Shown: in pieces, positions 50,541-64,000 of the stretch
Layout: each line of letters opens with the position of its first letter
Position numbering within the stretch: the stretch's first letter is position 1
Source: Leucoraja ocellata
Lineage: Eukaryota
Length of the DNA stretch: 64,000 bases
Reading direction: 5' to 3'
Assembly: GCA_036785375.1 (NCBI GenBank)
Contig: JAWMAR010000265.1
Span: forward strand, 372,001-436,000
Program-made: the position numbers and the translations under genes
The notes under the pieces: generated by a model
Told to the model about the DNA's origin: nothing
The model's database searches: none
Seen by the model: only the letters and a program-made list of their open reading frames with translations

Positions 50541-53099
50541 TGTCAATCACCGAACAGGTTCCGTCGGAACTTTCTGGTGGTCAACCCTCTCCTCCATTCC
50601 CCGACCAAGCTCTGCCTTCAATCTGAATTCCAGGCGGCACAAATGAAGATGTGCAACAGTTGTCCACTTGTGACCCAGGTGCCCTACAGCAGCTCTAATC
50701 TAGGATGCATAAGAATGTAATGGCCAACGGCAGAGAAATGCAGCCTGAGTCACTCAGAATGAACACACCATTTATCAACAGTTGCATGGCGTATCCCACT
50801 TTCTAAATTCATTTCTAAGAATTTCAATGGAACTAACTTTCTTTCAGAGTGAAACACACAGCCTGTTTTACATTATGGGCACTACCAACAAAGAGCACAT
50901 TTCTAAGCAAGAATGTTTTAATGATGAACAGAGTATTGGCGGGCGGGCGGGGGGTGGGGAGGGGGTACTGGATTGCCTTGCCACCACTAATCACACCCAA
51001 GAGAACTGGCCGCCGCTTGACCTCACCTCTCACCCATTCAATTTCATTGGCTTCAATGAAACTAAATTTGCAGTAGTGAGTGTAAACTGGCAACAGATAC
51101 CACCGCAACCAAAGACACATTTTTCCCCATATGCTTTACACACCAAGCAACTTTGATGCGGTTCGACACAAGCTGAATTGCCAGATGACTTTTAAAATTT
51201 GCTTTCAATGTGTCACTGGAGTGCAGTGAATTGTTGGGAAAAGAATAACTGTAAAGAAAAAAGGGGCAGACTTTCTCTGCATCCTTACTGCAACCCAATT
51301 ACACATTGTTCATCATTGAAACATTTTAAGGTGCAGTATATTACAGAATACAACAGTGCAGTCTGTTCATTATAATACTAATTTCTTGGAGCACAGTATA
51401 AACTGAGAGGAGCAATTAAGTGCAAAGACACAAATCTTGTTCAATTGAGCTTGACTTACTGTCCTATTCATGTGGCTGATCTACTAAAAGGAAAATCAGG
51501 TATTTAGGATTTCTCATAATTTAAAGTGGCATTGCTTTTATTAAAGAGTTGCCAATTTTTCTTCTTTTGAAGAGGGTGAGATGCAGAAGGGTTTGATACT
51601 ATTTTGTTGTGCCTATACTGTACCCAAATGACATAGACAGTGTTTCAGCATTTCTGCTATTAATACGTGTATTAATACATGCATCTATTAATAAGCTAAA
51701 AACAAAACCTTTGCCAAATGATGTTCATGAATATGTCACAATTACATGTCAAGCACTAATATGTTAAGGCTAGACAGCTGTATCCTGATCACAAATATAT
51801 GAGCCTTTATATTTAGATTTAGTCCAAATATTCTCATTTTGTCAAAATTAGGACAGTTAATTTCAGTTAGCAAAAACTCATTCACATGCTAAGGTCACCT
51901 ATAACATTAAATTTATCCATGCCTATTGTATAAAATTTTCACAGCAGTAGATCTTTCGAGGCAATGCTGCTTTTGCAGCTGAATAAGTTTGGTCCTCAGT
52001 GGCCCATGAATGTAGTCTCCAGTGATCTATTAGTAAACTGGGATGTAGCCTTCGTAGCATTGCCCTGTTAGCTTTCTTTTCTTCTCTTGTCGGAATACAT
52101 TAAAACTGGGAATACATTCAGGGCAGAGAAGTGCCCCATTACAGGAAAGAGCCGAACTTCCAATTTTTTGAGGCATTACAAGACAAACTGGAGTACTTGA
52201 GACTCAGGAGGATATGAGAAGGCAGTCACACTTCACAGGAAGACAAGCTGCTGTGGAAGACCTTTTGCTTCAGTTTGGGGAAAAGCAAAACTTCTGATGC
52301 ACTCACTGGAAAACAGACTGCATAATGGAGCAAGTCATGTGGATGGCCCAAAGCCTCGGGAGAAATAAGGGAGCAATTTCTATTCCATATTTGATGGCTG
52401 CATGAAATTCTGTTCAGAAATCCAAACAGAAACAATGCCTCGGGAGGTCAGTGCTGCTTCCTGTACGCCTGCATAATGTGTTTCTTGAAGATAATGTCCA
52501 CGATACCTGCTGATCAATTTAACTGCTTCAACATGTTTTGTTTGCATTATGTTTATATTTGATACAGTTTGCTGACAAGAGCTAGGTAGGCCAGGGAAAC
52601 CGGCCTGTCACGTTGATTTATGAGCACATCAAACTGTAACTTTCTGCTCACCAGTCCAAACCTACAGTAGCAGTTCATTAATCAGGGACCTGTGACTTTG
52701 AAGTCTATACTCAACCTGGGTTTTTAACAGTAGGCTAAATTTGCAAGCTCTCTGAGCTGTACCTCTGAGGGAAAACTGAGGCTCCCTCACCAACTCGGAA
52801 TCTCTGTGACTACAAGATAATCAGTACTTTGTCCATCACACAGCTTGCTCTTTGTACACTGAGATTCATTAACGCACATTAAAAGACAGCAGCTTTGGAT
52901 TATAACTCTCGAGTTCCACACCACAAAGAAAGGAGCAGGAGAGAACGACTGTCATTGTTACCAGACTCAGCAAAATCAGGATAATGTACTTTTGACAAGC
53001 AGAACCTTGTTACAGAAAATTGTGATCCTGTTCTTGCCTCTCTCGCACCTCCTCTCACCCTGAACTATTATGTAGGCAGCCTAGTTACTCAGTGCTTAC

Positions 53100-53294
53100 C
53101 TCTTTTGANNNNNNNNNNNNNNNNNNNNNNNNNNNNNNNNNNNNNNNNNNNNNNNNNNNNNNNNNNNNNNNNNNNNNNNNNNNNNNNNNNNNNNNNNNNN
53201 NNNNNNNNNNNNNNNNNNNNNNNNNNNNNNNNNNNNNNNNNNNNNNNNNNNNCAACTGTTCCTGCTGCTTCTTGTAGAATTCTTGAAGCTGTTG
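53100..53294 (-). CDS. FOXP2: FOXP2 exon 5 (QQLQEFYKKQQEQL-[N run]-SKE), long polyQ exon
   Basis: tttttcag|CAA acceptor, GAG|gtaagc donor; interior 53109-53252 is N; 195 nt overall keeps the frame. Confidence 0.93.
53109..53252. other. N run (144 nt) inside exon 5
   Basis: Seen directly. Confidence 1.
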
Positions 53295-53310
53295 CTGAAA
53301 AATCATAAAC

Positions 53311-53602
53311 ATAGTCATAGAGTGATACAGTGTGGAAATAAGCCCTTTGGCCCAACTTGCCCACACCGGCCAACATGTCCCAGCTGCACTAGTCCCACCT
53401 GCCTGCACTTGGTCCATATCCCTCCAAACATGTCCTATCCATGCACCTGTCTAACTGTTTCATAAACGTTGGGATAGTCCCAGCCTCACACACCCACCAC
53501 CCTTTGAATGAAAAAGTTACTCTTCAGATTCCTATTAAATCTATTTCCCTTCACCTCGAACCTGTGTCCTCTGGTCCTCGATTCCCCTACTCTGGGCAAA
53601 AG
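53311..53602 (-). mobile_element. CR1 3' fragment ending about 16 nt upstream of the exon 5 acceptor
   Basis: Near-identical to the tail of the 5346-5853 copy; LLPRVGESRTRGHRFEV. Confidence 0.9.
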
Positions 53603-54255
53603 TACTGGTGTACAAATTGTGCCAACATTTGTGTTCGTAAAAGAAACAAAGCAAATTTCATTGCCTTTTTCAGACACATCCTACAGTTAACCTCATTGTA
53701 GAAAGTTAATGAATCTGTCAGTCCGTTCAGCTGAATGACACAGGTGGGCATTTTCAAGTGATGCAGATCTTGAATATGGCTATGCTCGATTTTAATACAA
53801 GGAACAGGTTTTCTTGCTCTCACTTTTGTAGTGTTATCTGTAGCTAATATCTTCAGCGTTACTTAATAGAATAAACAAAAATCATAAATTATAAAGCAAA
53901 GACTTAGGTAATGTAATGGTGACATCATTACAAGAAATTACCTGTCACAGTTCTACATCAGAAACACAATAAATTACAAAATAGAAATTCATAAGAATTT
54001 GTGTTTCTCACATTTTCATTGGTATTTTAATGTATTTGATTGTCTACTTGGTAATTACCATGCATATTTTACTTCAAAGTTACACAATGGTTAAATAAAA
54101 GTTTTTAAAATTGTGAATAAGTTTAGTAAAGTATCTGTTCACGAACATTAAAATGTGTTGTAATAAAGTAGCAATGCAATGTAAAACTGGGACTGATGAA
54201 GCATTCTCCATTGTATGTGTAGCTTGCCATAGCAGGTGTGCTGTGTGTGTTCTCA

Positions 54256-54423
<168 letters not shown>

Positions 54424-55580
54424 TCAAGCCAGGCTACCATTCTGCAACATGGTGTTTGTTTCTCCTCTTCTTGCACCACTTGATGAAAGGGTAACATTTT
54501 CAGAACGGTCTGATGCCCAGAATCAAGGTTTACTTCTGACCTGTGCACGACATGCTCCTACTAGGTTCCCTGTGGCAATTATATTGTTTCCTCGGGTGCT
54601 GTCGCACTCCAGGAGCAACACCTTGCACCAAGACATACAGTAACGCAATGAGCAGCTTTTTGAGTTTTGAAGGCATTGCTTGTACTAACCAGCTCATAAT
54701 CTGAAAAGCTTGTCAACCTGCCAAGTTATTCAACCTTTGAAAAAAAGCAATTACTTTTTTCCTCAACAGAGGCAAATACCTTCTAATATAAATTAAAAAA
54801 AACAATGTAAACATTTAAATTTTAATATTTTCTTCAAGCCCATTAAGAAAACGGCACAACAAATTTCATAAATTGCTTACTCAATTACACGTGGTTTAAT
54901 CAGATACAAATTAATAACTTATTCAATTTAAAGATTAGCATTCCATGATAATTTGTCAATGGAGATAATTTTCAGTACCATGAAAATAAACCAACTTTTG
55001 CAAACAGAACCTGATATTCAGCACGAGATCTATCAGCATTTTCTCAAGATTATTAGCAATGCAATTATTATGGTTGGCTTTGCCCAGGAACAATACAGGG
55101 TGTGTGAAGCTGACAAGTTACAACAAAGGATATGTGTTATATGCAACTACGCTTTAAATGAATTAAAACATTTTCTCTAAACAATTAGAATGCAACCAAC
55201 TGAAGAAAATGTAACATCAAAATAAATCACCGCATACAATAATTAGTTGCTCTGTGACATGTAAGAATTGTATGGTTAGAAAATTAAAGCACTTTTAAAC
55301 AGTATTGATTGCATCGTTGCTAATGTTTAGTCGCGTCATTGTGTGTTTTTTTTAAATTATTAGCTAATAATTCAAGACAAATATTACAGAATATTGTAGA
55401 TGACATGCATATAACACAGTGCCAAAACATACTCTCGGCAGAAAAATAGGGTGGGTGTGCATTTATACTCTCTGGGTGGTGACCTGTGGAACAGCTCATT
55501 CACCTTTTATCTCATCTGGTTTTCATTGCATTATAATAAATAGAATGATAATTAAGGTGATCCTATTTTAAAATAGGAAT

Positions 55581-55713
55581 GTGTAGGAAGGAACTGTAGA
55601 TGCTGGTTTAAACCGAAGATTGACACAAAATGCTGGAGTAACTCAGCGGGACAGACAGCATGTCTGGAGAGAAGGAATGAGTGATGTTTTGGGTCGAGAC
55701 CCTTCTTTGGACC
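55581..55713 (-). mobile_element. Penelope-derived single-arm insertion with 12-bp TSD
   Basis: taaaataggaat at 55569-55580 and 55714-55725. Confidence 0.8.
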
Positions 55714-57737
55714 TAAAATAGGAATAATGGATTCTGCTTAGATAATAAAAACAGAATTCTAAATATTCACTGCTGCAATCAATTAGTTAACTAAATTGTC
55801 CTTATTAAGTTCTAAGTTTCTTTCTTTCTGCAGCTTAGACACGGAACTTTCAATTGGCTGCTAAACACCCAGGTTTGGGAAGAAAATATGTTAGGCCTTT
55901 TCCATCTGATCTTAGATTCGCAAATAGTCTTTGCTAAAGCAACAAGGAACATGTTCAGTTGGGGGATTGGTGCCTGGTGTTTGGTGAGAGCAGGAATGAG
56001 CGGAAGGTATCCATAGCATCATGCTCCATGTGGAGGCAATGTCTTTAGGAGACAAACACTAGAAGATCATCAATGAAGAACCAAAAACAGAAAGAAAAGA
56101 CCAAAGTGCCCAGGCGTAAGTGATATTTTACAATTCTCATGCAATTCCCCTACAGAAAAGGAACATTCATTCGTTTTAAAATGCTGCATTATTTCTAAAC
56201 GTCACTTTGTAAGCTAGTGGGGGAAAACAGTTACATACGTGCACTGGCCACATTTTTTAATTCTCTCAGTCAGAGATTATGTTCATGCATTAAGGTAGGT
56301 GTGCTAGGAACCAATGGATGTAAGACTCCTAGTGTAATTGTTCTTCTTATCAGCTAAATAAACATAGCCCCAAAAACAAGATTCATTAAACTAAAATGGG
56401 CAATAGCAGGAATGAAAAATCAAAAAGGGCTTGTATTATGTTTTAAATTATTCATTTCTACCTACTGCAACCCCCCAAAAGAAAGAGTATAATATAGGAC
56501 AGATTTGCTTGTATATAAAAGAGATGATCTGACACTTCACAAGAAATAGTGGCAGCAGTGTTATGCCCCTGTTTTTACATTATCACTGGTGACACTATGG
56601 ACATCATTTAAAATAAATTCCAAAAGTTAACAAGTACATGGCAGGTAATTAAGATGGCAATTTAGCTTTAAGGCTCAGATAACGGTTATATTTCACCTGA
56701 GGTTTGTTCTCGGCTTTATGAATCAAAACTCCATAATTTTGCAAACCACTTTATTTTCTGTACAGTTCTTTGGAAAGGGTAGAGAATCCTTGCAGCCAAT
56801 TAAACCAAAAGCTTGTAGTGTATGCACATGGAAGACAGTGAGGTTTTGCATCATAATTCAAAGGTAGAATGTTATTATCTGAATGAGCTCCGAATTTGAA
56901 CAGATTTTTGCAAGATGTCGCAGCTAGGAGTTAATTTCCTGGCTGTAAGGACAGGAAAAGTCCAGGGAGGTGTAGTGTAAGTGTTGCGGCCCTGAACTGG
57001 AGCAGGGAATTAGCAAACCTGCATGAATATTCACTGATTTACAAGTAAATGATGGGGAAGAGGTAGTGTGGTAGTGCGGGGAGAGATGAAATAGTAGGAG
57101 AGGTGCACTGTGTTCGAAGCTGCAACTATCCTTGTGGGACCCAAAAGACTGTTCCCCCTGTCCCACAGAACAAACTGTTGCAATTTAACTAAATGGCCTC
57201 CTCTTCCCAAATAGCTACTTCTGCCTACAGGTAAAGACATAGTGAATTCCCTTCTCAGGCTCCAGACAAATTGCACAGCGATCCTGTTGATATAATATGA
57301 CACTGATTTGAATGAATCTGTGAAGATCTTGCTCACTTGTTATGGGCACTACACAGACCTGCAACCCTCGCAGTTTTGATTCAGAAATTGTTAAGATCAG
57401 AGTCGAAAAGGAATCTGCTCATTTTTAACAGCTCACTTGTCAGGTTTCCACCAGGTGGCTTGGATTAAAATCAAACCCCACATGTTATATTATGATAACA
57501 AATACTTTTTCCTAATTCCATGAAATAACCAAGAAATGACAGGTCTCTTTAGTGGCTTTGAACAATTTGTGTATTAGATCATCTTAAAGCCATTTCCACC
57601 TGAAATAAATAAGCTATTCATCCAATCTTAGTTTCAATGCAGTTTATGCAATATAAAATGCTATGCAAAACATTAAGAGGCCATACCAGAACTTCAAAAC
57701 CCTCTCTTGCTAATAAAGCTGCCCAGATTATTTTACA

Positions 57738-57942
57738 NNNNNNNNNNNNNNNNNNNNNNNNNNNNNNNNNNNNNNNNNNNNNNNNNNNNNNNNNNNNNNN
57801 NNNNNNNNNNNNNNNNNNNNNNNNNNNNNNNNNNNNNNNNNNNNNNNNNNNNNNNNNNNNNNNNNNNNNNNNNNNNNNNNNNNNNNNNNNNNNNNNNNNN
57901 NNNNNNNNNNNNNNNNNNNNNNNNNNNNNNNNNNNNNNNNNN
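57738..57942. other. N run (205 nt)
   Basis: Seen directly. Confidence 1.
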
Positions 57943-59871
57943 GCACATTCGTATTCAAACAAATCTACACCATTGTTCATGGAGTCCTAAAACTTGGTGA
58001 ATTAAAGGCAGCACATTTTTGATCAGACCATTTAAACCTTAGCCCTTGTGTGAAATGTAAAATGTAAAATTTCCGACACATTTACTGAACTGGCAAATGC
58101 TCATGGTTTAGCATTTGCATTGTGGCATCAAAAGTGCTTAAAATAAATGAATAAATTAATTAGTACATTTGGGATTCAAACACAAACACTGTGGATACAG
58201 TTTCAGTGATGAGAGTTGCTTTAGACAAGTAAACTCAAGACAAAATGCGGTGCCCAGATCCTATCTGTGAATTTGTTTTAATCTACTTTAATTATTGAAC
58301 ATTATTGATACAGCTAGCTGCAAATATTAATATTCTAGTTCACATTGCTATCTTTGCTCCATTTTCTAAATGCTTGGCATCACTCATTTCAGTTTCTCTG
58401 GAAAATGCATTTCTCAATCGCTTGCAAAAGAACACACAAATTGTTCTAAATAATCCCATTTTAACAAAATGTAAAACTGTCGCAATAAAGCTGACACCCT
58501 GTGAAAGCCAAGTACTGTAAATATCGAATTTAAGCTTCTTTTGTTCTTTCACTGTCTTTCAGTAGATTGATGGATGATAATCATCTTAATTTCACTTGCT
58601 CTTCAAAACAAAAGCTACAGAAGGCAACACAAGACACCAGCCCATTCATTTTAAGACCCGCATAATGCTAATTCCAGCATTTATCTGCATGGTTTTCTGC
58701 CTGATGTATCAGAGCTAGGGAGATGAAAGCAGATAAGTAATTGCTCTCCTGGTTCTTATTCTTCACTGACAACCCATAAATTTAATTTTACACACACATT
58801 CATTTACATTTTCAAGTATATGACATGATAATTGCTAGAATATAACACCTCCATTCCTGTAGGTGCAGCATTGAGCTGACTGACAAGTGTAGTGAATAGG
58901 GGGGAATAGAGGTTGAATTGCAGTAAAATGTTACTTCTAAATATGATGCTATAAAGGGCTAACAGTAATAAGCATTTTGGAAACAATCATACTGAAAACA
59001 TTCACACATAAAGAGGAAAGCACTGCAACAACGATCACATTTTTGGTGTCTCGCCTTTATTTCTGTTCGTTGCTGAAATACTGTATTGAAATAATCTGGT
59101 AATTGATGCTAAACTTTCTGTCAGATTTTAGGAAATTAATATCTACTGGAAAGTGAAAATATATATTGTTCTAAATGTGTCTTATTTGTGGAATTGCCTT
59201 TGTTAATGGGCATTAGAATGTTTAGCAATGTACCATTTTTTAAAACAGCAGTCGCAGTAAATAATTTTCTCAAATACTGCATTTTCTGCTCAATGTTTCC
59301 TGCTAGAGTGTATTTAGCTTCCCAACAAAAGACTACAAGCTGACTTACTGTAGATATTCTGTGGTTCCAAAGACAAGTTCAAGAATGGAACAAAGCGCTC
59401 CAAATTGGATCCTGATGAGAAAACATCACCAACTTCTCTGAAGAATTTCAGATCATTAAGATGCTCTTGCTGCAGTTGGAGTCACTGATGAGGCACTCTA
59501 ACTGACAGAGGTCAACTTCAATGGAGGCAGACAGGAAGAAAAGGGAAAACGGAGGTAGATTTACTGTGAACCTTGTACCAAGAGGCTCGGCAATTACTCT
59601 GTCTGAATACCGACGGCTAATAACCATGGATCAAAGATTGGATTGCTATCTCACAAGCCCTCTAGTCTGCTTGCTTGCATGTTTTTTTTCTACATGCAGT
59701 TCTGTTTTTTTCACATGCAGTTCAGTTTGGAAAAACATCAGAAAGACAATACGTCACAGTCAGAAACACCACAACCCAGCCAGTCTCCACAGAGCTATAC
59801 AGCACGGAAACAGGCCCTTCAGCCCACTTTGGTTGGCAAACTCTTTGGTTGGCAATTTCTGAGATAGCATT

Positions 59872-60230
59872 CCAAAGCAAGCGCTGTCTGCGGAGGGCGC
59901 TCAGCATCGCCAAGGACTGCTCTCACCCCAACCATGGACTGTTTACCCTCCTACCATCCGGGAGGCGCTACAGGTCTCTCCGTTGCCGAACAAGCAGGTC
60001 GAGGAACAGCTTCTTTCCGGCGGCTGTCACTCTACTAAACAACGTACCTCGGTGACTGCCAATCACCCCCCCCCCCCCCCCCCCCCGGACACTTATTATT
60101 TATTTTTTATTCAAATCGTTTGCTATGTCGCTCTTCAAGGGAGATGCTAAATGCATTTCGTTGTCTCTGTACTGTACACTGACAATGACAATTAAAATTG
60201 AATCTGAATTGAATCTGAATCTGAATCTGA
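59872..60230 (+). mobile_element. Young Rex1/Babar-like LINE 3' fragment
   Basis: RRALSIAKDCSHPNHGLFTLLPSGRRYRSLRCRTSRSRNSFFP; poly-C tract; (aatctg)n tail. Confidence 0.85.
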
Positions 60231-63200
60231 AACCAGTTCATCCCATTTATCTGTATTTGACCCAGAGCCCTCTAAACCCAAGTATAAACCTTATAATTTC
60301 AACAAAAACAATAAATAAAGCAATAACAGAATTTGATAATCCAACTACTCTGTACAAACCGTACATAAAGTGATCTTTCCAGTGTTTCAGCGTGTGATAA
60401 TGCCAGGGCGATCAATGGATTGGGTGACTTTACAGTCTCTATGTGGAAGAGAGCAAATGAAGACCACCAATAACCAGTCATCTTCCAACTACACGAAAGT
60501 CAGGGTCGTTAGTCAACTATAGCTCGTTTTCAAGTTTGGCTTTTCTAAACATTTGCTAAACATCTAAGAGCAAATTAACCTGGGTCAGAATTGGTCAAAT
60601 TGCAGACATTGGGCATGCATTAGCTGGTTCCTAAACTGAACCATACACTATTATATCCATCAGTTAGTTTACAAACTGAAGCTTCAACCAAACCATTTTT
60701 TTTTGTTTGAGGGCATGAATAATAGATATCTCATAACTAATACAAAACCTGACAAACATCATCGACTTCCTATAAAATATCTGGGTGCTTGTTTACTGAA
60801 CAAATTATTTATGGCATTTTAGTACACGTACTGCAAACAAACAGTGGTCATTACATTAAACATTAAATCTCTTAAAAAGTTCACAATTTGAAATAGTAAT
60901 TCAGCCAATGAATAATAAAGCAAAACTTACAAAAAGGATCGAATTTTATCTTTTCACAACACTGTGTGAATCAAATTTGTTTTGTTTACATTTTTGTGAT
61001 CGGTGATTGCAGTTTGCAGTACATTTTATGAGTTTTTACCTCTTCTTATGAAGTTTCCCTGAAGGCAGATAATGAGTTCAAGCAGACTCACTCACACCAT
61101 CATTTATTAGTGAAAAACATGGGAAATGCAATTCAGCTCAATATGGCAGGTTCTCACATATCTCACTGTCTTTCACTATCACTTTCCAGCAGCGAGTTTC
61201 ACTCAGAGGTTTGTGATACTACAGGTAATGTGAAGTCCATTAGGTCCTCCTCTTCATAGTGTGACATGCGGTAAATTACAAGTGCTTCAAGCAGCTCAGT
61301 GAATTACAGTTCATCACTTTCAAAAGGTTTTCCACTACAAAGCTAGATATATCAGATCTGGCAGTTAGAATCCAATTAACACTCTGGTCACAGTAATCAG
61401 ATTCTACATGTAGAACTAGTATAATTCAGTTATTGCTCCCGTACATTTATACAGGTACATTTTGTTACAGTTACTCCTGCATCTAACATAGTCAATTTAC
61501 TGTAGGTTATAATTGATCTTACATTGGACAACTCAAATGAAAACTCTGTTTCAACAATTCACATTACGTATAGGTAAAGCTATCTGGAAAGTGGTTTGTT
61601 TTCCTGAGATTTACTTCCACTTGACGCCAGATAGATGCTATTAGATGTCTGTGGGAAAAGAATCTCACGCAATTTGAACACCATGTCTTCTATTTACAAG
61701 AAACCGAGTTTTTCCGTAACCAGCGACTGATTATAGGGGTTTCCAAAGAAAATCATCAGATTCAGACTTGTGCAATGTAACTGACATATTAAATGACATT
61801 TACTTGCTTACAGCAAGTACTTGTCAAAGCAAACCACTTACTGCAGCACTGTTTGTGATATCCAAGACAGCATTCAGTGGCATTTAAGATTTCTTGGTGC
61901 ATACGTCTTCCATTAAAATAGGAAGATATGAAACTGCTGTTGACAATACAGCCCATTGGGAATGGATCATAGCATGATGAATTCAAAACAAAATCTGTCA
62001 TTGTAATGTTTAAACCTAATACCAACAAACAAATGAGGCTGTTGTCGAAAACTGATCAAAAACTTTGTTTGAACCGGAGGTAAACCTTCAGCGGGGAAAC
62101 ATTACAAATAAGCTTTAACTGGGAATGGTGACTAATTAATGCGGCCCTTTCATCTTCAACTGCCAGGCAGGAAACAAATGGGTGGGGTGAAAATATGTGG
62201 AGGAACAGACAAACAGGGCAAGTGACAGGTCCAGCTCTTTACGACTTTAACCTAAAGCAGGTGGAGTATTTATTTTAAATCCATAGATACAGAGAAAATA
62301 GGTGCAGGTGTAGGCCATTAGGCTCTTTGAGCCAGCACTGCCATTCAATATGATCATGACTGATCATCCCATTCCTGCCTTCTCCCCATATCCCTTGCAT
62401 TATCATCTTGCTTCAAAGTCATCTTCAGACCATACTGGAATCTCTCCTCCTCCAGTCAGCAGAGGCCATTGTACTATCTCCACCATGTTATGGGAGTAGG
62501 AAGGAGACTCAGTACAAGAAACCATTCAAGGGCAACTTTTCTTTATTCACCTTGCAGGCCAGAAGGGGTGAGATTGCTTCTCCAGGTCACAGGATGATAA
62601 TTGAACCCTTCCTTGCACCAGTCTCCTCCTGCTGCTTCCTTATTGTATTTGTGAATGAAAATGCCAACAAGCTGAAATTTAACCATTAGCTGAACGTAAT
62701 TTTTAGTACATTTAGAAAATACATAATTCCAGTCTCCATCCGTTACACATATAAACTTGAAAAAAGGCTTTGTTGAAATGCTGAATTTCATTATATGGTT
62801 TCACAAAAGAGCAGTAAATGTTACGTTAAAACTTTATACTAACTAAGGGAACTTGAGGCTGATTTTTATTTTGTTCTATACAGTCACTACCCTGATCCTG
62901 CAAAAAATGAATATCAGTTGTTTTTGATCAGACTACGACAATCTCTGATGGCAGAACAGAAAATGTAGCTCTTACACTCAGAAAAGCACCTCCTGTTCTA
63001 TTACATAACATTGATGATCATAACCCATCCAATTTATCAGTCAAAGGAAAAAGTACATCACTAAAAGGCGTTGGTGCCAAGAATCCTATGCTTATGAATC
63101 ATATTTTCCCCAAATATTTCCAAATATTGTAGTTTTAAAATATTGAGAAAATATATTCCCAAAAATGTTTTAATAATTCAGTTCCCATTTTAAAACCTAT

Positions 63201-63477
63201 ATACTTTTAATTTTATTTCCAAAATCTGAAATTTATGAAATATTAGCTAAAACATTGTCTTTATCTTTGCGAATTCTTCAATATGACTGGCTGACCAGCC
63301 AGCTTCATGGCATTAATTCTACTGTGAGCAAGGAATCCTTTTGAATTAACACTTGACAGCAGCCAACATTGTAAATGGGCAATTTAATGCCACAGACATG
63401 GCCAGATCTTGTCAAGGTTAGAGGTGAACGCCATCTTATTGTTGATGAGTACGATATCTTGGCCATTAAAAGATCAT

Positions 63478-63800
63478 AAGGCCATGTGTAAGGAGCAGAA
63501 TTAGGCCATTCGGCCCTTCAAGTCCACTCCACAATTCAATCATGTCTGCTCTATCTCTCCCTTCTAACCCCATTCTCCTGCTTTCTCCCCATAACCCCTG
63601 ACACCCGTACTTATCAAGAACCTATCGATCGCTGCTTTAAAAATATCCATTAACTTGGCCTCCACAGCCTTCTGTGGCAAAGAATTTGACAGATTCACCA
63701 GTCGGACTAAAGAATTTCCTCCTTATCACCTTCCCAAAGGTGTCCTTTAATTCTGAGGCTGTGACCTCTAGTCCTAGACTCTCCCACTGGCAGAAACATT
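63478..63800 (-). mobile_element. CR1 3' fragment
   Basis: ggagcagaattaggccattcggccc...ctctagtcctagactctcccac. Confidence 0.8.
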
Positions 63801-63857
63801 ATGAATATTTAAATGCAATTCTAGTCCATTCCAGATAAAATTACATTTTAGAAAGAA

Positions 63858-64000
63858 CTAGAACAAGTGGGACCTGTTGGGCCCCGTTGCCCCAACGCAA
63901 TATTCCACCACTCACCCATAGCCCCCAACTGACGGCACGTCTGACAGGTTCCCATTGTGACACGAGTCATGGCAACCCTCCCCTAACTGCGGCACACCAT
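63858..64000 (-). mobile_element. Helitron-like element 3' end (runs out of the window)
   Basis: a|ctagaacaagtgggacctgttgggcccc; ccccaacgcaatatt shared with the 43860 unit. Confidence 0.7.

Noticed and set aside
53942-53952. 11-nt microexon candidate (tgtag|AACTGTGACAG|gtaatt) as an exon 4a equivalent
   Set aside because: No resemblance to human exon 4a as recalled; such site pairs occur by chance; no supporting evidence.

Overview
Vertebrate genomic DNA, AT-rich, with a repeat complement typical of a cartilaginous fish (skate/ray is an inference). The whole window lies inside one minus-strand gene, FOXP2. I can place 13 consecutive coding exons, equivalent to human exons 4-16, with canonical GT-AG sites and matching phases. 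They encode the polyQ region, C2H2 zinc finger, leucine zipper, PLNLV CtBP motif and complete forkhead domain. Exons 1-3 and the terminal exon were not found and presumably lie outside the window. Introns contain CR1, Rex1/Babar and Penelope-like retroelement fragments, tRNA/V/Deu SINE remnants, MITEs (Tigger-, Harbinger-, hAT-like) and non-autonomous Helitrons. There are four N runs, one inside the polyQ exon. The leads most worth checking are: (1) a 55-nt frameshifting 'poison' exon candidate splitting the forkhead domain; (2) a family of palindromic Penelope-derived elements with a minimal hammerhead-ribozyme-like core, one of which has captured an inverted copy of its own target site; (3) Thr at the position of the human-specific S325; (4) a perfect DR4 nuclear-receptor element beside exon 8; (5) a retroelement tail sitting in the exon 5 branch-point window. 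No database searches were run, so family names and cross-species comparisons are from recall.
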